From Eledone cirrhosa (taxonomy: Eukaryota): a stretch of 64,000 nucleotides of DNA. Position 1 is the first letter of the stretch; each line of letters begins with the position of its first letter. The DNA is taken from positions 9,796,001-9,860,000 of the forward strand of contig OZ024742.1 in assembly GCA_964016885.1 (NCBI GenBank). The letters run 5' to 3'. A program made the translations under genes and the position numbers. The notes under the pieces are model-generated. The model had not been told where the DNA came from, searched no databases, and worked only from the letters and a program-made list of their open reading frames with translations. This document shows positions 24,662 through 36,600 of this stretch, piece by piece.

Positions 24662-27600
24662 ATGGATGTTGGTGGTTGTATTGTTGGTTGTGTTGGTAGG
24701 TGTGTTGGTGGTTGTGTTGGTGGTTGTGTTGGTAGGTGTGTTGGTGGTTGTGTTGGCGGGTGTGTTGGTGGTTGTGTTGGTGGGTGTGTTGGTGGTTGTG
24801 TTGGTGGTTGTGTTGGTGGTTGTGTTGGTGGTTGTGTTGGTAGGTGTGTTGGTGGTTGTGTTGGTGGGTGTGTTGGTGGTTGTATTGGTGGTTGTGTTGG
24901 TAGGTGTGTTGGTGGTTGTGTTGGTGGTTGTGTTGGTGGTTGTGTTCGCGGGTGTGTTGGTGGTTGTGTTGGTGGGTGTGTTGGTGGTTGTGTTGGTGAT
25001 TGTATTGGTGGTTGTGTTGGTAGGTGTGTTGGTGGTGGTGTTGGTGGTTGTGTTGGTGGGTGTGTTGGCTGTTGTGTTGGCGGGTGTGTTGGCGGTTGTG
25101 TTGGCGGTTGTGTTGGTGGTTGTGTTGGTGGTTGTGTTGGTGGTTATGTTGGTGGTTGTGTTGGTGGTTGTGTTGGTGGTTATGTTGGTGGGTGTGTTGG
25201 TGGTTGTGTTGGTGGTTGTGTTGGTGGTTGTGTTGGTGGTTGTGTTGGTGGTTGTGTTGGTGGTTATGTTGGTGGGTGTGTTGGTGGTTGTGTTAGTGGT
25301 TGTGTTGGTGGGTGTGTTGGCGGTTGTGTTGGCGGTTGTGTTGGCGGTTGTGTTGGTGGTTGTGTTGGTGGTACTGTTGGTGGTTGTGTTGGTGGTTGTG
25401 TTGGTGGTTGTGTTGGTGGGTGTTTTGGTGGTTGTGTTGGCGGTTGTGTTGGCGGTTGTGTTGGTGGTTGTGTTGGTGGTACTGTTGGTGGTCGTGTTGG
25501 TGGTTGTGTTGGTGGTTATGGTGGTTGGTGTGTTGGTGGTTGTGTTGGTGGTTGTGTTGCTGGTTGTGTTGGTGGGTGTGTTGGCGGTTGTGTTGGTGGG
25601 TGTGTTGGTGGGTGTGTTGATGGTTATGTTGGTGGTTGTGTTGGTGGTTGTGTTGGCGGTTGTGTTGGCGGTTGTGTTGGTGGTTGTGTTGGTGGTTGTG
25701 TTGGTGGTTGTGTTGGTGGTTGTGTTGGTGGTACTGTTGGTGATTGTGTTGGTGATTGTGTTGGTGGTTGGGTTGGATATGTTGGTGGTTATGTTGGTGA
25801 TCGTGTTGGTGGTTGTGTTGGTGGTTATGTTGGTGACTGTGTTGGTGGTTGTGTTGGTGGTTGTGTTGGTGGATGTGTTGGTGGTTGTGTTGGTGGCTGT
25901 GTTGGTGGTTGTGTTGGTAGTCGTGTTGGTGGCTGTGTTGGTGGTTGTGTTGGTGGTTGTGTTGGTGGTTGTGTTGTTGGTTGTGATGGTGGTTGTGTTG
26001 GCGGTTGTGTTGGCGGTTGTGTTGGTGGTTATGTTGGTGGTTATGTTGGTGGTTGTGTTGGTGGTTGTGTTGGTGGTTGTGTTGGTGGTACTGTTGGTGG
26101 TTGTGTTGTTGGTTATGTTGGTGGTTATGTTGGTGGTTGTGTTGGTGGTTGTGTTGGTGATTGTGTTGGTGGTTGGGTTGAAGGTTGTGTTGGTGGTTGT
26201 GTTGGTGGTTATGTTGGTGGGTGTGTTGGTGATTGTGTTGGTGGTTGTGTTGGTGGTTGGGTTGGTGGTTGTGTTGGTGGTTATGTTGGTGAGTGTGTTG
26301 GTGGTTGTTTTGGTGGATGTGTTGGTGGTTGTGTTGGTGCTTGTGTTGGTGGTTATGTTGGTGGGTGTGTTGGTGGTTGTGTTGGGGGTTGTGTTGTTGG
26401 TTGTGTTGGTGGTTGTGTTGGTGGTTATGTTGGTGGGTGTGTTGGTGGTTGTTTTGGTGGATGTGTTGGTGGTTTTGTTGGTGGTTGTGTTGGTGGGTGT
26501 GTTGATGGATGTGTTGGCGGTTGTGTTGGCGGTTGTGTTGGTGGTTGTGTTGTTGGGTGTGTTGGTGGTTGTGTTGGCGGTTGTGTTGGCGGTTGTGTTG
26601 GTGGTTGTGTTGGTGGTTATGTTGGTGGGTGTGTTGGTGGTTGTGTTGGTGGTTGTGTTGGTGGTTGTGTTGGTGGTTATGTTGGTGGGTGTGTTGTTGG
26701 TTGTGTCGGTGGTTGTGTTGGTTGTTGTGTTGGTGGTTGTGTTGGTTATGTTGGTGGTTGTGTTGGTGGGTGTGTTGGCGGTTGTGTTGGCGGTTGTGTT
26801 GGCGGTTGTGTTGGCGGTTGTGTTGGTGGTTGTGTTGGTTGGTGTGTTGGTGGTTGTGTTGGTGGTACTGTTGGTGGTTGTGTTGGTAGGTGTGTTGGTG
26901 GTTGTGTTGGCGGGTGTGTTGGTGGTTTTGTTGGTGGGTGTGTTGGTGGTTGTGTTGGTGGTTGTGTTGGTGATTGTATTGGTGGTTGTGTTGGTAGGTT
27001 GTGTTGGTGGTTGTGTTGGTGGGTGTGTTGGTGGTTGTGTTGGTGGGTGTGTTGGTGATTGTATTGGTGGTTGTGTTGGTAGGTGTGTTGGTGGTTGTGT
27101 TGGTGGTTGTGTTGGTGGTTGTGTTGGCGGGTGTGTTGGTGGTTGTGTTGGTGGGTGTGTTGGTCGTTGTGTTGGTGGTTGTGTTGGCGGGTGTGTTGGA
27201 GGTTGTGTTGGTGGATGTGTTGGTGGTTGTGTTGGTGGTTGTGTTGATTGTTGTGTTGGTGGTTGTGTTGGTGGTTGTATTGGTGGTTGTGTTGGTGGTT
27301 GTGTTGGTGGGTGTGTTGGTGGTTGTGTTGGTGGGTGTGTTGGTGGGTGTGTTGGTGGTTGTATTGGTGGTTGCGTTGGCGGTACTGTTGGTGGTCGTGT
27401 GTGTGGTTGTGTCGGTGGTTGTGTTGGTGGTTGTGTTTGTGGTTGTGTTTGTGGTTGTGTCGGTGGTTGTGTTGGTGGTTGTGTTGGTGGTTGTGTTGGT
27501 GGTTGTGTTGGTGGTTGTGTTGGTGGTTGTGTTGGTGGTTGTGTTTGTGGTTGTGTTTGTGGTTGTGTCGGTGGTTGTGTTGGTGGTTGTGTTGGTGGTT

Positions 27601-30600
27601 GTGTTGGTGGTTGTGTTGGTGGTTGTGTTGGTGGTTGTGTTGGAGGTTGTGTCTGTGGTTGTGTTGATGGTTATGTTGGTGGTTGTGTTGGTGGTTATGT
27701 TGTTGGTTGTGTTGGTGGTTGTGTTGATGGTTATGTTGGTGGTTGTGTTGGTGGTTATGTTGGTGGTTGTGTTGATGGTTATGTTGGCGGTGCTGATGGT
27801 GGTTAGTTTGTTGGTTGTGTTGGTGGTTGTGTTGATGGTTGTGTTGGTGGTTGTGTTGGTGGTTGTGTTGGTGGTTGTGTTGGTGGTTGTGTTGGTGGTT
27901 GTGTTGGTGGTTGTGTTGGTGGTTGTGCTGGTGGTTGTGTTGGTGGTTGTGTTGGTGGTTATGTTGGTGGTTATGTTGGTGGTTGTGTTGATGGTTATGT
28001 TGGTGGTTGTGTTGGTGGTTGTGTTGGTGGTTGTGTTGGTGGTTGTGTTGGTGGTTGTGTTGGTGGTTGTGTTGGTGGTTGTGTTTTTGGTTGTGTCGGT
28101 GGTTGTTTCGGTGGTTGTGTTGGTGGTTGTGTTGGTGGTTGTGTTGGTGGTTGTGTTGGTGGTTGTGTTGGTGGTTATGTTGGTGGTTGTGTCGGTGGCT
28201 GTGTCGGTGGTTGTGTTGGTGGTTATGTTGGTGGTTGTGTTGGTGGTTGTGTTGGTGGTTGTGTTGGTGGTTATGTTGTTGGTTGTGTTGGTGGTTGTGT
28301 TGATGGTTATGTTGGTGGTTGTGTTGGTGGTTATGTTGTTGGTAGTGTTGGTGGTTGTGTTGATGGTTATGTTGGTGGTTGTGTTGGTGGTTATGTTGTT
28401 GGTTGTGTTGGTGGTTGTGTTGATGGTTATGTTGGTGTTTGTGTTGGTGGTTATGTTGGTGGTTGTGTTGATGGTTATGTTGGCGGTGGTGATGGTGGTT
28501 ATGTTGTTGGTTGTGTTGGTGCTCGTTTTGATGGTTATGTTGGTGGTTGTGTTGGTGTTGTGTTGGTGATTCTGTTGGTGGTTGTCATGGTGGTTGTGTT
28601 GGCGGTTGTGTTGGTGGTCGTGTTGGTGATTCTGTTGGTGGTTGTGTTGGTGGTTGTGTTGCTGGTTGTGTTGGTGTTTGTGTTGGTGGTAGTGTTGCTG
28701 CTCGTGTTGGTGATTGTGTCGGTGGTCGTGTTTTTGGTCGTGTTGGAGTTTGTGTTGGTGGTTGTGTTAGTTGTTATGTTGGTGGTTGTGTTGGTGTTTG
28801 TGTTGGTGGTTGTGTTGGTGTTTGTGTTGGTGGTAGTGTTGCTGCTCGTGTTGGTGATTGTGTCGGTGGTCGTGTTTTTGGTCGTGTTGGTGTTTGTGTT
28901 GGTGGTTGTGTTGGTTGTTATGTTGGTGGTTGTGTTGGTGTTTGTGTTGGTGGTTGTGTTGGTGTTTGTGTTGGTGGTAGTGTTGCTGCTCGTGTTGGTG
29001 ATTGTGTCGGTGGTCGTGCTTTTGGTCGTGTTGGTGTTTGTGTTGGTGGTTGTGTTGGTTGTTATGTTGGTGGTTGTGTTGGTGGTTGGGTTGAAGTTTG
29101 TGTTGGTGGTTATGTTGGTGGTTGTGTTGTTGGTGGTTGTGTTGGTGGTTGTGTTGGTGGTTGTGTTGGTGGTTGTGTCGGTGGTTATGTTGGTGGTTAT
29201 GTTGGTGGTTGTGTTGATGGTTATGTTGGTGGTTGTGTTGGTGGTTGTGTTGGTGGTTGTGTTTGTGGTTGTGTCGGTGGTTGTGTTGGTGGTTGTGTTG
29301 GTGGTTGTGTTGGTGGTTGTGTTGGTGGTTGTGTTGGTGGTTGTGTTGGTGTTTGTGTTTGTGGTTGTGTCGGTGGTTGTTTCGGTGGTTGTGTTGGTGG
29401 TTGTGTTGGTGGTTGTGTTGGTAGTTGTTTTGGTGGTTGTGTTGGTGGTTGTGTTGGTGGTTGTGTCGGTGGTTGTGTCGGTGGTTGTGTTGGTGGTTGT
29501 GTTGGTGGTTGTGTTGGTGGTAGTGTTGGTGGTTGTGTTGGTGGTTATGTTGGTGGTTGTGTTGGTGGTTATGTTGGTGGTTGTGTTGGTGGTTGTGTTG
29601 GTGGTTGTGTTGGTGGTTATGTTGTTGGTTGTGTTGGTGGTTGTGTTGATGGTTATGTTGGTGGTTGTGTTGGTGGTTGTGTTGGTGATTCTGTTGGTGG
29701 TTGTGATGGTGGTTGTGTTGGCGGTTGTGTTGGTGGTCGTGTTGGTGATCTGTTGGTGGTTGTGTTGGTGGTTATGTTGGTGGTTGTGTTGGTGTTTGTG
29801 TTGGTGGTTGTGTTGGTGGTTATGTTGGTGGGTGAGTTGGTGATTGTGCTGGTGGTTGTGTTGGTGGTTGGGTTGGTTATGTTGGTGGTTGTGTTGGTGG
29901 TTGTGTCGGTGGTTGGGTTAGTGGTTATGTTGGTAATTGTGTTGGTGGTTGTGTTGGTGGTTGTGTTGGTGGTTGTGTTGGTGGTACTGTTGGCGGTTGT
30001 GTTGGTGGTTGTTTTGTTGGTTGTGTTGGGGATTGTGTTGGTGGTTGTGTTGGTGGTTGGGTTGGTGATTGTGTTGGTGGTTGTATTGGTGGTTATTTCG
30101 GTGGTTGCGTTGGCGGTACTGTTGGTGGTTGTGTTGGTGGTTGTTTTGGTTGTGTTGGTGGCTGTCTTGGTGGTTGTATTGGTGGTTGCGTTGGCGGTTC
30201 TGTTGGTGGTCGTGTGTGTGGTTGTGTCGGTGGTTGTGTTGGTGGTAGTGTTGGTGGTTGTGTTGGTGGTTATGTTGGTGGTTGTGTTGGTGGTTGTGTT
30301 TGTGGTTGTGTTTGTGGTTGTGTCGGTGGTTGTGTTGGTGGTTGTCTTGGTGGTTGTATTGGTGGTTGCGTTGGCGGTTCTGTTGGTGGTCGTGTGTGTG
30401 GTTGTGTCGGTGGTTGTGTTGGTGGTAGTGTTGGTGGTTGTGTTGGTGGTTGTGTTGGTGGTTGTGTTGGTGGTTGTGTTTGTGGTTGTGTTTGTGGTTG
30501 TGTCGGTGGTTGTGTTGGTGGTTGTGTTGGTGGTTGTGTTGGTGGTTGTGTTGGTGGTTGTGTTGGTAGTTGTGTTGGTGGTTGTGTTTGTGGTTGTGTC

Positions 30601-33600
30601 GATGGTTGTGTTTGTGGTCGTGTTTGTGGTTGTGTCGGTGGTTGTGTTGGTGGTTGTGTTGGTGGTTGTGTTGGTGGTTGTGTTGGTGGTTGTGTTGGTG
30701 GTTGTGTTGGTGGTTGTGTTGGTGGTTGTGTTGGTGGTTGTGTTGGTGGTTGTGTTGGAGGTTGTGTCGGTGGTTGTGTTGATGGTTATGTTGGTGGTTG
30801 TGTTGGTGGTTATGTTGTTGGTTGTGTTGGTGGTTGTGTTGATGGTTATGTTGGTGGTTGTGTTGGTGGTTATGTTGGTGGTTGTGTTGATGGTTATGTT
30901 GGCGGTGCTGATGGTGGTTAGTTTGTTGGTTGTGTTGGTGGTTGTGTTGATGGTTGTGTTGGTGGTTGTGTTGGTGGTTGTGTTGGTGGTTGTATTGGTG
31001 GTTGTGTTGGTGGTTGTGTTGGTGGTTGTGTTGGTGGTTGTGTTGGTGGTTGTGTTGGTGGTTATGTTGGTGGTTATGTTGGTGGTTGTGTTGATGTTTA
31101 TGTTGGTGGTTGTGTTGGTGGTTGTGTTGGTGGTTGTGTTGGTGGTTGTGTTGGTGGTTGTGTTGGTGGTTGTGTTGGTGGTTGTGTTGGTGGTTGTGTT
31201 TGTGGTTGTGTCGGTGGTTGTTTCGGTGGTTGTGTTGGTGGTTGTGTTGGTGGTTGTGTTGGTGGTTGTGTTGGTGGTTGTGTTGGTGGTTATGTTGGTG
31301 GTTGTGTCGGTGGCTGTGTCGGTGGTTGTGTTGGTGGTTATGTTGGTGGTTGTGTTGGTGGTTGTGTTGGTGGTTGTGTTGGTGGTTATGTTGTTGGTTG
31401 TGTTGGTGGTTGTGTTGATGGTTATGTTGGTGGTTGTGTTGGTGGTTATGTTGTTGGTTGTGTTGGTGGTTGTGTTGATGGTTATGTTGGTGTTTGTGTT
31501 GGTGGTTATGTTGATGGTTGTGTTGATGGTTATGTTGGCGGTGGTGATGGTGGTTATGTTGTTGGTTGTGTTGGTGGTCGTGTTGATGGTTATGTTGGTG
31601 GTTGTGTTGGTGGTTGTGTTGGTGATTCTGTTGGTGGTTGTGTTGTTGGTTGTGTTGGCGGTTGTGTTGGTGGTCGTGTTGGTGATTCTGTTGGTGGTTG
31701 TGTTGGTGGTTGTGTTGCTGGTTGTGTTGGTGTTTGTGTTGGTGGTAGTGTTGCTGCTCATGTTGGTGATTGTGTCGGTGGTCGTGTTTTTGGTCGTGTT
31801 GGAGTTTGTGTTGGTGGTTGTGTTGGTTGTTATGTTGGTGGTTGTGTTGGTGTTTGTGTTGGTGGTTGTGTTGGTTGTTATGTTGGTGGTTGTGTTGGTG
31901 GTTGGGTTGAAGTTTGTGTTGGTGGTTATGTTGGTGGTTGTGTTGTTGGTGGTTGTGTTCGTTGTTGTGTTGGTGGTTGTGTTGGTGGTTGTGTTGGTGG
32001 TTGTGTTGGTGGTTGTGTTGGTGGTTGTGTTGGTGGTTATGTTGGTGGTTATGTTGGTGGTTGTGTTGATGGTTATGTTGGTGGTTGTGTTGGTGGTTGT
32101 GTTGGTGGTTGTGTTTGTGGTTGTGTCGGTGGTTGTGTTGGTGGTTGTGTTGGTGGTTGTGTTGGTGGTTGTGTTGGTGGTTGTGCTGGTTGTTGTGTTG
32201 GTGTTTGTGTTTGTGGTTGTGTCGGTGGTTGTTTCGGTGGTTGTGTTGGTGGTTGTGTTGGTGGTTGTGTTGGTGGTTGTTTTGGTGGTTGTGTTGGTGG
32301 TTGTGTTGGTGGTTGTGTCGGTGGTTGTGTCGGTGGTTGTGTTGGTGGTTGTGTTGGTGGTTGTGTTGGTGGTAGTGTTGTTGGTTGTGTTGGTGGTTAT
32401 GTTGGTGGTTGTGTTGGTGGTTATGTTGGTGGTTGTGTTGGTGGTTGTGTTGGTGGTTGTGTTGGTGGTTATGTTGTTGGTTGTGTTGGTGGTTGTGTTG
32501 ATAGGTTATGTTGGTGGTTGTGTTGGTGGTTGTGTTGGTGATTCTGTTGGTGGTTGTGTTGGTGGTTGTGTTGGCGATTGTGTTGGTGGTCGTGTTGGTG
32601 ATTCTGTTGGTGGTTGTGTTGGTGGTTGTGTTGGTGGTTGTGTTGGTGTTTGTGTTGGTGGTTGTGTTGGTGGTTGTGTTGGTGTTTGTGTTGGTGGTTG
32701 TGTTGGTGTTTGTGTTGGTGGTAGTGTTGCTGCTCGTGTTGGTGATTGTGTCGGTGGTCGTGTTTTTGGTCGTGTTGGTGTTTGTGTTGGTGGTTGTGTT
32801 GGTTGTTATGTTGGTGGTTGTGTTGGTGTTTGTGTTGGTGGTTGTGTTGGTGTTTGTGTTGGTGGTAGTGTTGCTGCTCGTGTTGGTGATTGTGTCGGTG
32901 GTCGTGTTTTTGGTCGTGTTGGTGTTTGTGTTGGTGGTTGTGTTGGTTGTTATATTGGTGGTTGTGTTGGTGGTTGGGTTGAAGTTTGTGTTGGTGATTA
33001 TGTTGGTGGTAGTGTTGCTGCTCGTGTTGGTGGTTGTGTTGGCGGTTGTGTTGGTGGTCGTGTTGGTGATTCTGTTGGTGGTTGTGTTGGTGGTTGTGTT
33101 GGTGGTTGTGTTGGTGTTTGTGTTGGTGGTTGTGTTGGTGGTTGTGTTGGTGTTTGTGTTGGTGGTTGTGTTGGTGTTTGTGTTGGTGGTAGTGTTGCTG
33201 CTCGTGTTGGTGATTGTGTCGGTGGTCGTGTTTTTGGTCGTGTTGGAGTTTGTGTTGGTGGTTGTGTTGGTTGTTATGTTGGTGGTTGTGTTGGTGTTTG
33301 TGTTGGTGGTTGTGTTGGTGTTTGTGTTGGTGGTAGTGTTGCTGCTCGTGTTGGTGATTGTGTCGGTGGTCGTGTTTTTGGTCGTGTTGGTGTTTGTGTT
33401 GGTGGTTGTGTTGGTTGTTATGTTGGTGGTTGTGTTGGTGTTTGTGTTGGTGGTTGTGTTGGTGTTTGTGTTAGTGGTAGTGTTGCTGCTCGTGTTGGTG
33501 ATTGTGTCGGTGGTCGTGTTTTTGGTCGTGTTGGTGTTTGTGTTGGTGGTTGTGTTGGTTGTTATGTTGGTGGTTGTGTTGGTGGTTGGGTTGAAGTTTG

Positions 33601-36600
33601 TGTTGGTGGTTATGTTGGTGGTAGTGTTGCTGCTCGTGTTGGTGGTTGTGTTGGCGGTTGTGTTGGTGGTCGTGTTGGTGATTCTGTTGGTGGTTGTGTT
33701 GGTGGTTGTGTTGGTGGTTGTGTTGGTGTTTGTGTTGGTGGTTGTGTTGGTTGTTATGTTGGTGGTTGTGTTGGTGTTTGTGTTGGTGGTTGTGTTGGTG
33801 TTTGTGTTGGTGGTAGTGTTGCTGCTCGTGTTGGTGATTGTGTCGGTGGTCGTGTTTTTGGTCGTGTTGGTGTTTGTGTTGGTGGTTGCGTTGGTTATTA
33901 TGTTGGTGGTTGTGTTGGTGTTTGTGCTGGTGGTTGTGTTGGTGTTTGTGTTGGTGGTAGTGTTGCTGCTCGTGTTGGTGATTGTGTCGGTGGTCGTGTT
34001 TTTGGTCGTGTTGGTGTTTGTGTTGGTGGTTGTGTTGGTTGTTATGTTGGTCGTTGTGTTGGTGGTTGGTTTGAAGTTTGTGTTGGTGGTTATGTTGGTG
34101 GTAGTGTTGCTGCTCGTGTTGGTGGTTGTGTTGGCGGTTGTGTTGGTGGTCGTGTTGGTGATTCTGTTGGTGGTTGTGTTGGTGGTTGTGTTGGTGGTTG
34201 TGTTGGTGTTTGTGTTGGTGGTTGTGTTGGTTGTTATGTTGGTGGTTGTGTTGGTGTTTGTGTTGGTGGTTGTGTTGGTGTTTGTGTTGGTGGTAGTGTT
34301 GCTGCTCGTGTTGGTGATTGTGTCGGTGGTCGTCTTTTTGGTCGTGTTGGAGTTTGTGTTGGTGGTTGTGTTGGTTGTTATGTTGGTGGTTGTGTTGGTG
34401 TTTGTGTTGGTGGTTGTGTTGGTGTTTGTGTTGGTGGTAGTGTTGCTGCTCGTGTTGGTGATTGTGTCGGTGGTCGTGTTTTTGGTCGTGTTGGTGTTTG
34501 TGTTGGTGGTTGTGTTGGTTGTTATGTTGGTGGTTGTGTTGGTGTTTGTGTTGGTGGTTGTGTTGGTGTTTGTGTTGGTGGTAGTGTTGCTGCTCGTGTT
34601 GGTGATTGTGTCGGTGGTCGTGTTTTTGGTCGTGTTGGTGTTTGTGTTGGTGGTTGTGTTGGTTGTTATGTTGGTGGTTGTGTTGGTGGTTGCGTTGAAG
34701 TTTGTGTTGGTGGTTATGTTGGTGGTAGTGTTGCTGCTCGTGTTGGTGGTTGTGTTGGCGGTTGTGTTGGTGGTCGTGTTGGTGATTCTGTTGGTGGTTG
34801 TGTTGGTGGTTGTGTTGGTGGTTGTGTTGGTGTTTGTGTTGGTGGTTGTGTTGGTTGTTATGTTGGTGGTTGTGTTGGTGTTTGTGTTGGTGGTTGTGTT
34901 GGTGTTTGTGTTGGTGGTAGTGTTGCTGCTCGTGTTGGTGATTGTGTCGGTGGTCGTGTTTTTGGTCGTGTTGGTGTTTGTGTTGGTGGTTGTGTTGGTT
35001 GTTATGTTGGTGGTTGTGTTGGTGTTTGTGCTGGTGGTTGTGTTGGTGTTTGTGTTGGTGGTAGTGTTGCTGCTCGTGTTGGTGATTGTGTCGGTGGTCG
35101 TGTTTTTGGTCGTGTTGGTGTTTGTGTTGGTGGTTGTGTTGGTTGTTATGTTGGTCGTTGTGTTGGTGGTTGGGTTGAAGTTTGTGTTGGTGTTTGTGTT
35201 GGTGGTAGTGTTGCTGCTCGTGTTGGTGATTGTGTCGGTGGTCGTGTTTTTGGTCGTGTTGGTGTTTGTGTTGGTGGTTGTGTTGGTTGTTATATTGGTG
35301 GTTGTGTTGGTGGTTGGGTTGAAGTTTGTGTTGGTGATTAAGTTGGTGGTAGTGTTGCTGCTCGTGTTGGTGGTTGTGTTGGCGGTTGTGTTGGTGGTCG
35401 TGTTGGTGATTCTGTTGGTGGTTGTGTTGGTGGTTGTGTTGGTGGTTGTGTTGGTGTTTGTGTTGGTGGTTGTGTTGGTGGTTGTGTTGGTGTTTGTGTT
35501 GGTGGTTGTGTTGGTGCTTGTGTTGGTGGTAGTGTTGCTGCTCGTGTTGGTGATTGTGTCGGTGGTCGTGTTTTTGGTCGTGTTGGAGTTTGTGTTGGTG
35601 GTTGTGTTGGTTGTTATGTTGGTGGTTGTGTTGGTGTTTGTGTTGGTGGTTGTGTTGGTGTTTGTGTTGGTGGTAGTGTTGCTGCTCGTGTTGGTGATTG
35701 TGTCGGTGGTCGTGTTTTTGGTCGTGTTGGTGTTTGTGTTGGTGGTTGTGTTGGTTGTTATGTTGGTGGTTGTGTTGGTGTTTGTGTTGGTGGTTGTGTT
35801 GGTGTTTGTGTTGGTGGTAGTGTTGCTGCTCGTGTTGGTGATTGTGTCGGTGGTCGTGTTTTTGGTCGTGTTGGTGTTTGTGTTGGTGGTTGTGTTGGTT
35901 GTTATGTTGGTGGTTGTGTTGGTGGTTGGGTTGAAGTTTGTGTTGGTGGTTATGTTGGTGGTAGTGTTGCTGCTCGTGTTGGTGGTTGTGTTGGCGGTTG
36001 TGTTGGTGGTCGTGTTGGTGATTCTGTTGGTGGTTGTGTTGGTGGTTGTGTTGGTGGTTGTGTTGGTGTTTGTGTTGGTGGTTGTGTTGGTTGTTATGTT
36101 GGTGGTTGTGTTGGTGTTTGTGTTGGTGGTTGTGTTGGTGTTTGTGTTGGTGGTAGTGTTGCTGCTCGTGTTGGTGATTGTGTCGGTGGTCGTGTTTTTG
36201 GTCGTGTTGGTGTTTGTGTTGGTGGTTGTGTTGGTTGTTATGTTGGTGGTTGTGTTGGTGTTTGTGCTGGTGGTTGTGTTGGTGTTTGTGTTGGTGGTAG
36301 TGTTGCTGCTCGTGTTGGTGATTGTGTCGGTGGTCGTGTTTTTGGTCGTGTTGGTGTTTGTGTTGGTGGTTGTGTTGGTTGTTATGTTGGTCGTTGTGTT
36401 GGTGGTTGGGTTGAAGTTTGTGTTGGTGGTTATGTTGGTGGTAGTGTTGCTGCTCGTGTTGGTGGTTGTGTTGGCGGTTGTGTTGGTGGTCGTGTTGGTG
36501 ATTCTGTTGGTGGTTGTGTTGGTGGTTGTGTTGGTGGTTGTGTTGGTGTTTGTGTTGGTGGTTGTGTTGGTTGTTATGTTGGTGGTTGTGTTGGTGTTTG